DNA from: the human T2T-CHM13v2.0 reference genome, Homo sapiens
Strand: one strand, 5' to 3'
DNA length: 64,000 nt
Assembly: GCF_009914755.1 (NCBI RefSeq)
Contig: NC_060939.1
The notes below the pieces were generated by a model. That model had not been told where the DNA came from, did no database searches, and saw only the letters and a list, made by a program, of their open reading frames with translations. Below, one piece after another: positions 43,620 to 57,631 of the stretch (the stretch's first letter is position 1; each line of letters begins with the position of its first letter). The position numbers were made by a program, and so were the translations under genes.

Positions 43620-45133
43620 CTGTAATCTTTTCTACTTTCAGAAACCTCAAACAGTTCTTTGTACAAATGACATAATTTTATAACTGTTAGAATGTATTTT
43701 TGTTTATTGAATAATCAGCTGAATGTCAAATTTTATGAAAATTTTGCCAAATATGATTGAACTTTGCTTTGGATGAGTTTTTCAGAATCCTTTGAAGTTT
43801 GCACATCAGTTGGACTTCTGAAATGAATTCATAGTGAAATATTAGTGACATCATTGTCTGCAGTTTAACCCTAGAAGAGTAGTATCTAAGGACACAGAGT
43901 ACTTGCCAGCTACTTGAATGCATTATTTCAGCTGATGTGATTTATATTTTGAAATATGAGCCAGACTGATGGAATTGACTGACCTATCTTACAGCTATAG
44001 GACTGTAATTGAGATCAAGTTCTGTTAAGTTTCTGAAGGCATGGGTATGCGGTTTGCTCAAGAGCATTTTTTCACATTTGTGTTAGGATAGTAAATTACC
44101 TTGAAAACTGGAAACACATTTTAACAACATTAAATTGGATTTATTCATTTAGTGTAGATACTGTAGTTCCTAGGTTTGTAAACTGTGGCAAGATGAGTTA
44201 TATACTGAAAGTATTTACCTCAAAAGTCTATCTGAAAAATATCTTCATTTTTGTAATAAAAATTGAGCTGGAGGTAAGAAGGTACATATTAGGGTATATA
44301 TCACTGCACTCTACAAAATAACAAGTCATGCATAGGAGATTCTCTTAGCTTCAGCCTGGCAAGTTACCAAACACTTACATCATCCTTTAATCATCATCTG
44401 CTACTGACTCCTGACTTTACATCAAGAAATACTGTGCTTTTAAGTCCCCTCTTACTCTTGAAATTTGGTTCTCATGAGTTACCATCATGTCATATCTATC
44501 TAAAGCACCATAGACTGCACATGGGAAAATAGTATTTGTGCTTCTTGATGATGTGTGGCTCTGAATTATATATTTTTGTCTTTGAGAGGAAATTCTACTT
44601 TCTTCTTCAGATTTGAGTATAAATCAAGTAAAGAAGAATCTTCTAAATAATATCAGAATCAGAACACATATTCATGCCATTGTATATTTAAAAAATTATT
44701 AATCTGACATTCTCATACTGTTAACGCAAAATGAAGTTTCTATTTAACCTTCCTATTTTTGAATAAAATTATTTAATAAACATTTTTAATTCTTCAACTG
44801 TCTGGCTTAGCGGTTACCTCTGTCCAAGTCATATATGATCTCTACTCGACAGGATGGCCTGGTGAAGTGGTTGTTTTTTAAACTGCACTGCTTTCTGAAG
44901 CTTAACAGGATGCAGGAAATTACTCTATGGGGTGTGGAAAGGATTTAATTCATACCCCTTCAAGATAATGAAAGCAGAATGCAGGAAATAACCTCATGAG
45001 GTTAACTGAAATACCAGTCCCCACAGCAAAATTAGATCATACATATGAATTAAAACTGAGTGGGTCACTTGGTAAACGTTTTGGAGGAAACAAGAGGAAT
45101 TGGGTGAGGGTAAGGAAGAAAAAACCACACTAA

Positions 45134-45446
<313 letters not shown>

Positions 45447-45472
45447 TTTTATTAAAAAAAAAAAAAAAAAAA

Positions 45473-48400
45473 TTATTTCAATAGTTTTGGGGGAACAAGT
45501 GGTGTTTTGTTGCATGGAAAAATTCTTTAGTGGTGATTTTGGAGTTCACCAGAGCAGTGTACCCTGTACCCAATATGTAGTCTTTTATGCCTCACTCCCT
45601 CCCAGCCTTCCTCCTTGAGTCCCCAAAGTCCATTGTATCATTCTTATGCCGTTGCATCCTCATAGCTTAGCTCCCACTTATAAGTGAAAACATGTGATGT
45701 TTGGTTTTCCATTCCTGAGTTACTTCTCTTAGAATAATGGTCTCCAGTTCCATCCAGGTTGCTGCAAATGCCATTATTTTGTTCCCTTTTATGGCTTAGT
45801 AGTATTCCATGGTGTACATATATGTATATATATATATTACGTTTTCTGTATCCACTTGTTGGTTGATGGGCATTTGGGCTGGTTCCATATTTTCGCAATT
45901 GCAAAATGTGCTGCTATAAACATGTGTGCGCAAGTGTCTTTCATATACTGACTTCTTTTCCTCTGACCCAGTAGTGGGATTGCTAGATCAAACCATAGTT
46001 CTACTTTTAGTTCTTTAAGCAATCTCTGTACTGTTTTCTTTAGTGGTTATACTAGTGTACATTCCCACCAGCAGTGTATGAGTGTTTGCTTTTCACCATA
46101 TCCATGCCAACATCTATTATTTTTTGATTTTTTAAATATAGCTATTCTTGCAGGAGTAAGGTGGTATCTCATTGTGATTTTGATTTGCATTTCACTGATA
46201 ATTAGTGATGTTGAGCATTTTTCGTATGTCTTTTGGCAATTTGTGTATCTGCTTTTGAGAATTGTCTATTCATGGCCTTTGCCCACTTTTTGATGGGATT
46301 GTTTTTTTCTTGCTGATTTGAGTTCCTTGTAGATTCTGGATATTAGTCCTTTGTCAGATGCATAGTTTGCGAAGATTTTCTCCCACTCTCTGGGTTGTCT
46401 GCTGATTATTTCTTTTGCTGTGCAGAAGGTTTTTAGTTTAATTAGGTCCCATCTATTTATTTTTGTCTTTGTCATATTTGCTTTTGGGTTCTTGATCATG
46501 AACCCTTTGTCTAAGCCAATGTCTAGAAGAGTTTTTCCAGTGTTCTAGAATTTTTGTGATTTCAGGTCTTATATTTAAGTCTTTGATTCATCTTGAATTG
46601 ATTTTTGTGTAAGATGAGAAATGAGGATCCAGTTTCTTTCTTCTACATGTGGCTTGCCTATTATGCCAGCACCATTTGCTGAATAGGGTGTCTTTTCCCC
46701 ACTTTATGTTTTTGTTTGCTTTGTTGAAGATCAGTTGGCTGTAAGTATTTGGCTTTACTTCTGGGTTTTCTATTCTGTTCCATTGGTCTGTGTGCCTGTA
46801 TTTATGCCAGTACCTTGCTTTTCTGGTAACTATAGTCTTGTAGTATAGTTTGAAATGGAAATAATGTGATGCCTCCAGATTTGTTCTTTTTGCTTAGTCT
46901 TGCTTTGGCTATGCAGGCTCTTTTGGTTCCATAGGAATTTTAGGATTTTTTTCCCCCCTAGTTCTGTGAAGAATGATGGTGGTATTTTGATGGGAATTGC
47001 ATTGAATTTGTAGATTGCTTTTGGCAGTATGGCCATTTTCACAATATTTATTCTACCCATCCGTGAGCATGAGATGTGTTTCCATTTGTTTGTGTCATCT
47101 GTGATTTCTTTCAGCAGTGGTTCATAGTTTTCCTTGTAGAAATTTTTCACCTCCTTGGTTAGTTATGTTCCTAAGTATTTTTTTTTTTTGCACCTGTTGC
47201 AAAAAGCGTTGAGTTCTTGATTTGATTCTCAGCTTGGTCATTGTTGGTGTATAGCAGTGCTGTTGATTTTGTGTCCTGAAACTTTACTGAATCCAGTAAA
47301 GATGTCATAGATGGCTTTTATTACTTTAAGATATGCCCCTTCTGTGCCAGTTTTGCTTATTGACTTGTGTATGTTAAACCATCCCTGCATCCCTAGTATG
47401 AAACCCACTTGATCATGGTGTATTATCTTTTGATATGCTGTTGGATTCGGTCACCTGTTATTTTGTTGAGGATTTCTGCACCTGTGCTCATCATGGGTAT
47501 TGGTCTGTAGTTTACTTTTGTTATATCCTTTCCTGGTTTTGGTATTAGGGTGATACTGGCTTCATAGAATGATTTAGGAAGGATTCTTTCTTACTCTGTC
47601 ATTTGGAATGGTAAAATAAGATTGGTACTAGTTCTTCTTTGAATGCTTGATAGAATTCGGCTCTGAATTCATCTGGTCTTGGACTTTTTTTTTATTAGCA
47701 GTTTTTAAAATTACTGTTTCAGTCTCGCTGCTTGTTATTGGTCCATGCAGAGTTTTTATTTCTTCCTCATTTAACCTAGGCAGGTTGTATATTTCCAGGA
47801 ATTTATCCATCTCCTCTAGATTTTCTAGTATATTTTTCCACCCCTTTACTTTATGTGAGTCCTTACATGTTAGGTGAGTGTGTTGAAGACAGCAGATACT
47901 TGGTGGATTTTTAACCATTCTGCCATTCTGTATATTTTAAGTGGAACATTTAGGCCATTTATATTCAACGTTAATATTGAGATGTGAGGTACTATTTTAT
48001 TAATCATTGTGTTAGTTGTTGCCTGAATACCTTTTTTTTCATTGTGCTGTTGTTTTATGGGCCCTGTGAGATTTATGATTTAAGGAGGGTGTATTTTCAG
48101 GTTTTGTTTCAAGATTTAGAACTCCTTTTAGCATTTCTTGGTTGTGCTGGCTTAGTAGTGGTGAATTCTCTCAGCATTTGTTTGTCTGAAAAAGACTCTC
48201 TCTTCTTCATTCATGAAGGTTAGTTTTGCTGGGTACAGAACTCTTGACCGGCAATTATTTTGTTTGAGGAAGCTAAAGATAGGACCCCAATCTCTTCTGG
48301 CTTGTAGGGTTTCTGGAGAGAAATCTGCTGTTAATCTGTTAAGTTTTCCTTTGTTGGTTACCTGATGCTTTTGCCTCTCAGCTCTTAAGATTCTTCCCTT

Positions 48401-48695
48401 TGTCTTCACTTTAGATAATCTGATTACTGTGTGCCTGGGTGACAATCTTTTTGCAATGAATTTCCCAGGTCTTTGAGCTTTTTGTATTTGGATTTCTAGA
48501 TCTCTAGTGAGGCCAGGGAAGTTTTCCTCAATTATTTTCTCAAATATGTTTTCCAGACTTTTAGATTTCTCTTCTTCCTCAAGAACACCACTTATTCTTA
48601 GGTTTGGCTGTTTAGCGTAATCTCAAATTTTTTGGAGGCTTTGTTCATTTTTGTTTTTTGATTTTTTTTTTAATTTGTCTTTGTTCGATTGGATT
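45473..48695 (-). mobile_element. L1PB-like element with internal deletions (3' UTR, ORF2, part of ORF1)
   Basis: Minus-strand ORFs give L1 ORF2 peptides ([33 protein letters not shown]; [14 protein letters not shown]) and ORF1 peptides (SPRHTVIRLSKVKTK...RLTADFS.ETLQARRDWGPIF). Confidence 0.92.
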
Positions 48696-48698
48696 AAT

Positions 48699-48967
48699 TC
48701 TGTCACCTAGGCTGGAATGTGGTGGCGTGGTCTTGGCTCACTGCAACCTCTGCCTCCTGGGCTCACCTCAGCCTCCTTAGTTTCTGGGACTTACAGGTGC
48801 ACACCACCATGTCCTATTAATTTTTCTTTTTTCTTTTTTTTTTTTTTTTTTGTAGAGACGGGGTTTCACCATGTTGCCCAGGCTGGTTTTGAACTGGGCT
48901 CAAGCGATCTGCCCACCTCAGCCTCCCAAAGTTCTGGGATTACAGGCATCAGCTACCACATCTGACC
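48699..48967 (-). mobile_element. AluJ-like element lacking its tail
   Basis: Antisense Alu abutting the L1. Confidence 0.85.
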
Positions 48968-50217
48968 CAGAGGCAAACCATTTTACGTCTCAGAATGCAG
49001 TCTTGTCAGGATGAGATTATTAGGACGAATTTTAGACCAGTGTTAAGCACACAGCAGACACTCAGTTTTTGTTAGTCCTTGCACGTGTATTAATACAGGG
49101 GTGTGTGGGTGTGTGTGTGTATTTGTAACACCTAGTGTCTGCTTATTTTTCGTGAATTCTGAAGTTTTCTTTTTGGCTTTATACTAGAATGAAAGGAGCA
49201 GAACAAATACAGCTACTTTTTCCTTCTGATGGTCCCTGAAGCTGTGGATTATCCAGGCTTATCTGCTCTGCCATTCCTCACTCACACCTTGTTCATTCGT
49301 GCTTTAACGTGTTTTTCTCACATTTATCCATAATGCCTGCCTTCTCTTTTCTTCTGTTCTTCTCTCATTTCAGACTGCTCAGTAGTTAATCCCACAAAGG
49401 CTTTCCTAATTAAGCTGATAGATTTGTTATCAGTGCTTTCTATTTCATTGTAAATTTTGTGTGGTTACCTCTAGTTTGCCCATATTGTGAGTATAATTTT
49501 GGTATATTCATGCCTATGTGATATGCCTGCTCTTGCTAACTAGATGAAAAGCTACTTGAAGACCTGTAGGCTTTTTATGGTTTCTCTACATATACCCTCC
49601 CAGGGGCACAGTACTGTATACATAATAGATATTTGAATTTTTTTAATTTCCAAATAGTAAAGGTACTTCTATGATTTCCAATTTTAGGCAGTTGCTAGTC
49701 TTAATGACATGTGAATGCTGAGTCCTCCCCAGAGAACTTAAGAGGCCTGTTTGGCTCATCAGGAACCTCTGGTTCACTATTCTGAATATTTTGTTCTTTG
49801 CCAGCTTTGTAATAAACACTTATCTTTTATTCTTCTCTGCTTTATTTGTGATTTACTTTGAAATTGAAATACCACACTGTAATCTCTGTTTTATAAATGC
49901 ACATTATATGTTTCTGTACACTGGTTACTTATCTACTTTTTACTTGTCATTATCTCTGCTGTTGGACTGCAAGCTGGTGAATAATAGCTGTTTCTATTAG
50001 GATAGTATCAGTTGCAACTAACAGAAAACTACCTCAGGCTTAAATTGTATAGGGGATGTATTAACTTACATGTAACCGAAAGATCCAGAAGTGGTACAGA
50101 CTACAAGCATGGTTTAATCAGGGATTTTACATCATTTGTTTGCTGTTCTCCTTTTTGTATCAGCTTTTTCCTCATTCTGGCCTTCTTCTGAGTCTCAAAA
50201 TGACTTAATAAAATGCT

Positions 50218-50523
50218 GGCCGGACACGTTGGCTCATGCCTGTAATCCCAGCACTTTGGGAGGCCGAGGCGGGCAGATCATGAGGTCAGGAGATCAAGAC
50301 CATCCTGGCTAACACGGTGAAACCCTGTCTCTGGTAATACCACAAAAAATTAGCCGGGCGTGGTGGCGGGCGCCTGTAGTCCCAGCTACTCAGGAGGCTG
50401 AGGCAGGAGAATGGCGTGAACCCAGGAGGTGGAGCTTGCAGTGAGCCGAGATCGCGCTGCTGCACTCCAGCCTGGGCAACAGGGCAAGTCTCCGTCTGAA
50501 AAATAAATAAATAAATAAATAAA
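50218..50523 (+). mobile_element. AluY-like element inserted in an old MLT1-type LTR (about 50010-50750)
   Basis: TSD aataaaatgct at 50207-50217 and 50524-50534. Confidence 0.93.
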
Positions 50524-51217
50524 AATAAAATGCTTCCTCAGGCACAGTTTAGGGAATGTGAGAGCCTCCTGATAATCATGGAAGAGTTGTTTTACCCGGG
50601 TTCTGATTGGTCATTACCACATCCAGTCACTGTGGTGAGCGAGAATGACCTGAGTCAAATGCCTATCACTAAGTTCATCTGGGGGCTGGAGGGAGGGTTG
50701 CAGAGAGTCAGCCCCACCCAGTCCACGTGGTTGCTATACATGGGAAGAAGTAGAATGACTGACTACAGTATTCATGAAAACAGGATGGTTTCATACTTAT
50801 TTTATATCTCAACTAGTACCCAAAAGTATTATATACATAGAGCATATATCACAATGTGCATTTTTCCTCATTTCATTAAGGGAGATGGAAGGTTCTGTTA
50901 GGGAAAGTTTAGGAATAAGATGATTAAAGTGAGATAAATCAGAAATATTTAATAAGGACCTCAGTGAAGCTGAAGAAACAGACTCAGTAGAAGTAGAGCC
51001 ATAAGGAAGAAGTACGTGGTGAAAACGGGGCATTAGAAATGAGTGCTGAATAAGCTGCAGTTAAGAAGCTGCTCTGATACCTAGTTCACTACTCAGAACT
51101 TAGTGGTAGCAGTGCCTTTGCTCTCACAAGAGTGAATGAATAGGCTGGTCTCAGACATTTTTCTATAATACCTCCATTATTTTAGTCCCCAGTATGAGAT
51201 GCCCTCTTAGAAATGTG

Positions 51218-51522
51218 GTCTTTTGCTTGTTTGTTTCTTTGAGACACAGTTTCACTCTGTCACCCACGCTGTAGTGCAGGGGCATGATCTCAGCTCATGG
51301 CAACCTCCGTCTCCCGGGTTCAAGTGATTCTCCTGCCTCAGCCTCCTGAGTAGCTGGGATCACAGGCGGGCGCCACCACATCCAGCTAATTTTTGTATTA
51401 TTAGTAGAGACGGGGTTTCAACATGTTGGCCAAGCTGGTCTCAAACACCTGACCTCAAGTGATTCACCCTCCTCGGCATACCGAAGTGCTGGGATTACAG
51501 GCGTGAGCCACTGCACCTGGCC
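51218..51522 (-). mobile_element. AluS element
   Basis: Antisense Alu. TSD agaaatgtg. Confidence 0.92.
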
Positions 51523-51673
51523 AGAAATGTGTTGTGTGTTAAATCTCTTTCAGCAGGTCCAAGGAGTAATGCTGTACAAGTATCATTAGTCTTAAGCTTT
51601 ATATGTATTTCAGACTTTGCTTGTCTTCCTTTGCTTATTTTTAAGATATCCCAAGGTACTTCATTAGTTACCA

Positions 51674-51866
51674 CAGGTTGAGTATCCCAAATACAAAATG
51701 CTCTAAAATCTGAAACATTTTGAGCACTGACGTGATTCTCAGAAGTGTCAATTGGAGGATTTTGGATTTTCAGGTTTAGGGATGCTCAGCCAATAAGTAT
51801 ACAAGTATTCCAAAATCAGAAACACTTCTGGTCCCAAGCATTTCGGACAAGGGATACTCAAACCTG
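51674..51866. mobile_element. Tigger4a/MER46-type MITE
   Basis: TIRs caggttgagtatccc / gggatactcaaacctg. Confidence 0.88.
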
Positions 51867-51982
51867 TAGTGAGTTTTGTTATAAAATTTATTTGCAACTC
51901 AGACTGGGGAAAACTTGATTTGTTTGTGCCAAAGTATTTTAATAACTCTTCTCACTTTATTGAATGATATTTTTCCCCCCAG

Positions 51983-52170
51983 GGAATGGATTTGTAAACT
52001 CAAGAGCTTCTCCAAATTTGATTGGAGCTACTGGTGCAAATAGCTTAGGCAAAGTCATGCCTACAAAGTCTCCCCCTCCACCAGGTGGTGGTAATCTTGG
52101 AATGAACAGTAGGAAACCAGATCTTCGAGTTGTCATCCCCCCTTCAAGCAAGGGCATGATGCCTCCACTA
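51983..52170 (+). CDS. MEF2A: MEF2A exon with KSPPP phosphosite and MAPK docking motif [11 protein letters not shown] ([13 protein letters not shown]...SKGMMPPL)
   Basis: ttttccccccag|GG, donor CTA|gtaagt. 188 nt, phase 1/0. Inside ORF 51964..52179. Confidence 0.97.
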
Positions 52171-52389
52171 GTAAGTTGAACCTTTCTTCAACTTCATTCT
52201 TTAAAACACATATTTTATACATAGTCAATCTGTAGCTTCCTTTGGAATTTTCTGTGCCACCGTAGAATCTACACCTATTCCTAATAAATATTTCCATTCA
52301 AAATTAGTATTTGAAGAGACAAGTCTATTTCAAATACACAAAAATCAGATTATGGAAATTTGCTTAACAGTTACTTAAAATTAAAGCTA

Positions 52390-52830
52390 AATACGAACGT
52401 GGTTGGAACTGGAGGTTATTGTGTTAAGTGAAATAAGCCAGGCACAGAAAGATAGATACTGCAAGGTCTCACTCATGTGGGACCTAAAAAAATTGGTCTT
52501 GTGGAGATAGAGAATAGAATGATAGCAGAGGCTGGGAAGGGTGTGTGGGTGGGAGACGGGATGAAGAGCAGTTGATTCGTGGGTAAAAACATACACTTAG
52601 ATACAATAAATATACCCCTGTATTTGATAGGAGAGAAGGGTGACTATAGTTAGCAACATTGCAGATGGAGTATATTTCAGAGTAGCTAGAAAAGAGGACT
52701 TGAAATGTTCCCAACAAATAGAAAGGATAAATACTCAAGGTAATAGATGCCCCAAACACCCTGACCTGGATCATTACGCATTCTATGAATGTAACAAATA
52801 TTCACATGTACCCCATTAATATGTAACACC
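52390..52830 (+). mobile_element. L1MA-like 3' end
   Basis: ggaactggaggttattgtgttaagtgaaataagccaggcacagaaag...cacatgtacccc. Confidence 0.85.
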
Positions 52831-52842
52831 TTTCGAATCAGG

Positions 52843-52977
52843 TTTTTTTTTTTTTTTTTTTTGAGTCGTTTTAAGGAGTGAAATTTAGTAGCCAAGAAAG
52901 AAGGAAGGAAGGAAGGAGAAAACAGCTCCCTCCAACAGAGACAGAGGGAGGGGGGATTCAAACAAAGAGAAAACCCC
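52843..52977 (-). mobile_element. Polyadenylated ERV1-type LTR fragment (retrocopy)
   Basis: T20 tract, then 115 nt resembling an LTR R region (MER61/LTR1-like from memory). Imperfect TSD tcgaat(c/g)ag(g)ttttt. Confidence 0.65.
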
Positions 52978-53153
52978 TCGAATGAGTTTTTAAAAAGTAA
53001 AATACAGAGAGATTATTATGTTTAATTTTAATTTTACCAGGCTAGAAGCATTAACCATGACTTATTTATTCTCTGTACTTTGTATACTTTCATTAATCAA
53101 TTAAACATGCTTTTCTGTGAGAGAAGCACTAAACTATTTGTTAGAAAATTCTA

Positions 53154-53531
<378 letters not shown>

Positions 53532-56080
53532 TTAATTTTATTTGCTTATTCCTTCTCAAATAACCTATTTAACTGTATAAAGAATGCAGGTAGCCTCTAT
53601 TCCACTCCTTGATGACGGCTTTAGGGTTCTAGTCTCATTTGTTTTTGAGTCTTAAGTCTGTTTGTAAAGAACAGGAGAATCTATTTATCGCCCTTAGCTT
53701 CCTGTAGAAAAAAAACTAGAATATATAATCAAGTTTTAAAACTTCTTAGTTTAGCAACTGTTTGACTACTACCATACTAAATGATATGCCAGGTGTTCTC
53801 TCTGCTGAGCAGTTGCTAAACTCACCATTAGAGTTTTTGCTAAGTGAAAGTGATGCTGTCAGGCTTAGATAATAATTCCACTTTGGTATAATGCTTTATA
53901 GATTCCATAGCACCTTCATGTGTATATTGTCTCATTTAATTCTCAATTAGCCTGTGTCATTGCAAGGTAGAGATGTGGAAACTGAGTTAAAGGTTATTAC
54001 TTGTCCAAGATAGTTCAAAATAGAGCTAGGACCAAATCTCTAAGTCTTACAGTCCAGGTCAAAAAACAAGTACTTTTTTATCTGGTTATACAGAAATCTG
54101 GAAACAGTCACTCCCAGCCTCACAATTAAAAAAACTTGGATATACAGAAAGTTCATAGTTTTCCTTGAACTCATTATAGTGCTGAGATTTCACGGCAACC
54201 AACTGGCCCAGATACTCCAGAGTCAAAGACACTGTAAGGAGAGTTGACATTTGAGCATTAGACAAGACACAGATGGTAAGAGTTAAGCTAGGGTGATTGG
54301 TGAATTGCTGGAGGCCAGGTGTACACTGACAGAACTGTGTGAAACTCCTGGGGGCCGCAGTATAACACAGGGTGAGTCTGTGTTCTCTTGTATACTTTTT
54401 TACTCCGTGAATCCCATGGGGTGCTCAGAAGCTCCTGAAAAGGTCTCGCTGTGGTACACAACTGGGAGAGGGGAAGAGTAGCCACTACACTAGGGGCAAA
54501 AAGTTTTGCCAGGATCTTTTTGTCTTCTTTCTCTAATATGAAACAAAAGCTTTAATCTCTGAGAAGACGAACAACAAACATTATCACTCTTAGGGCACTG
54601 TTGAAATCCTGTTTAATGGAAAAGGCAAAATATCTCAACCAGTGGTGAAGGAACAGGAAGACATGCTCGGTATGGAGCGATGCCAGGAGAGTGGCAGGAT
54701 GACTGAGAAGGCCACAGCCTGAGGCACAACAAGAGAGGGGATGACTTAAAGCTGAGAGTGGAGCAGGCACTAGGGGAAAACCTGGCATGCAGATCCCCAC
54801 CCCCAGAGGGATATGAAGCTTGTGGTAGGTGCCCTGATGGTAACCAGAGCAACAGTAAGGCTCAAACCCAGTCCAGCTTCTAATGAAATTAACTCGATTC
54901 TTGCACTAATAGCTTAGCAGGAGGGAAAAACCTGTAGGTCTATTAGTAGGAATTACCCATGCTGAAATACAAAGAGAAAGAAGAGTGAAAACAAGACAAA
55001 ATAAACAGAATTAAGTATCCAAGAGCTATGCACCATTATCAAATGGTATAACATATTTATAATTGGACTTCCAAAAAGAGAAGAGAGAACAGATTAGGAG
55101 TAATATTTTAAATAATAACCAGTACCAAGTAGGATAATTACTACTGCCAACACACACATGCACGCATGCACACACACACACAGATGTATGCACGCACACA
55201 CACTCTCACTCCTAGACTGCTAAAAGCAAAAGATCAAGAGAAAAATCTTAGAGATACATTACAGAAAAACAAAGATAAGGATTAGTAACATACTTTTTTC
55301 TTCACAAACTAAACTATTCAAGCGAGAAAAAGGGAGTAACATTATTTAATGTGCTGAAATTTTTTAAAAATTCCTCACCCCAAAATTCTCTACCCACCAA
55401 AAATATCTTTGAGAAATGAAGATTTCCTCAAACAAAAGTCATGGGAATTTATTGCCAGCAGACCTGCTCTACAAGAAATGTTAAAGGAAGCCCTTCAGCA
55501 GGACTGTGATCCCAGCAAAAACTCGAGTCTACACAAAGAAATGAACAGTGGAAATGGAATAAATGAAGATAAAATAAGTAAACTCTGGTTTTCCCTGCAT
55601 TTTATAAACGTTTTATTTTTAGAACAATTTTAGATTTATAGAAAGATTGCAAACATAGTACAGGAAGTTTTCATACACCCCACACATCATTTTTTCTATT
55701 AACATTAGTATGGTGTATTTGTCACAACTATTGAACCACTACTGATACGTTATTATTAACTGAAATTCGCAATTTATTCAGATTTACTTATTTTTAACCT
55801 TGTGTCTTTTTCTATTCTAGGATCCAATCCAGGATACCACATTATATTTAGCAATCATGTCTCTTTAGCCTCCTCTTGACTGTGAGAGTTTCTAAGACTT
55901 TCCTTGCTTTAATGACCTTGACAGTTTTGAGGAGTACTAGTCAGGTATTTTTATAGAATGTCTCTAGTTAAGATTTGTCTGATGTTTTTCTCATGCTTAT
56001 ACTGTGGTTGTTGGTTTGACTGAGGTAGGCCATAGAATTAAGATGCCGTTTTCATCACATCATATCAAGAGTGCCTACTA

Positions 56081-56312
56081 CATTTATTATCCCTTATCTG
56101 ATACTCAGGACCAGAAGTATTCCAGATTTCAGATTTTTTCAAGTTTTGGAATATTTCCCTTATACTAATAAGTAGAACATCCCAAATCCAAAAATCTGAA
56201 ATCCAAAATGATCCAATGAGTACTACATGCGAGTGTCATGTTGGTGCTCAACAGGTTTTAGATCTTGGAGCATTTCAGATTTCAGATTTTCAGATTTGGG
56301 ATGACCAACCTG
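56081..56312. mobile_element. Tigger4a/MER46-type MITE nested in L1
   Basis: tatcccttatctg...ttcagatttgggatgaccaacctg then TA. Confidence 0.8.
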
Positions 56313-57240
56313 TATCGTCATAACTATTGCTGATGTTCATTTGGTCACCTGGCTGATGTTTAACAGGTATTTACCAGGTTTCTTTTCTGTGAAGTTACTC
56401 TTTCTCCCGCTTTTCATACTGTAGCCTTTGGGTAGGAAATTACCATGTTCAGCCCACACTTTTAAGGAGTGGGGAGTTAAGGCTTCACTTTCTTAAGAGA
56501 AGGATATCTACATAAATTATTTGGAATTCTTCTGCACGGGAGATTTATCTCTTCTCTCTCATTTATTCAACCATTTATTTCTATCAATATGGACTCGTGG
56601 GCATTTATTTTAATACTTTGGTTTATAATACAATACCACGTTTTTCTGTTGCTTTGTTCTAGCTTCAGCTTTTGAGGGCTATCTACTTGATTCCTATGTC
56701 CCTTTGATATATCCTTATTTTTGTGGGTTTTTTTTTTCAGGGGGAGCAGGCGCTTTTTTATTTTCCGGCACTATAATATATTCTAGGCTTATCTTGTGTA
56801 TTTTCTGCCCCAGTCCTAGAATCAGGCATTTCTCCAAGGAACATTATTTTTATGGAGAATGAAAGAAACCAAGATCCGAGTGCTTTCCCTCTTTTTAATT
56901 GCTCCAAAAGGTATCTGACTATGTAAGGCAAAAATAGTAACTGTATTTTGTTTCTGTAGCACATGTAAAAATAAAATATATGACAACAAAAGATGGGAGG
57001 GAGGAATTGACTCTACACATGATGTAAATATTATTTGAAGATGAACTCAAGGTAACTAAAGGTGTATATTATAAACCCTAGTGCAACTACAGAAGAAAAT
57101 TTTAAAGAAGTATAAATAAGTCAGTAGAATAGATAAAATAGAAATATAAAAAATGCTCTACTAAGTAGCCCAAGAAATGGGAGAAAAGAAGACAAAAAGC
57201 AAGATAATGGTAGCTTTTAATCCAGTCATATAAGTAATCA

Positions 57241-57631
<391 letters not shown>

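Noticed and set aside
52095-52156. Reported MEF2A coding variants N263S, P279L, G283D
   Set aside because: The sequence encodes the ordinary N, P and G residues at these positions.
51957-52157. Antisense ORF over the 188-nt exon
   Set aside because: Shadow frame of a GC-richer coding exon.
56995-57012. gggaggaattg as a possible MEF2A beta microexon (SEEEELEL)
   Set aside because: Does not encode the peptide, lacks splice sites and lies in L1 sequence. The beta exon appears to be beyond the window.
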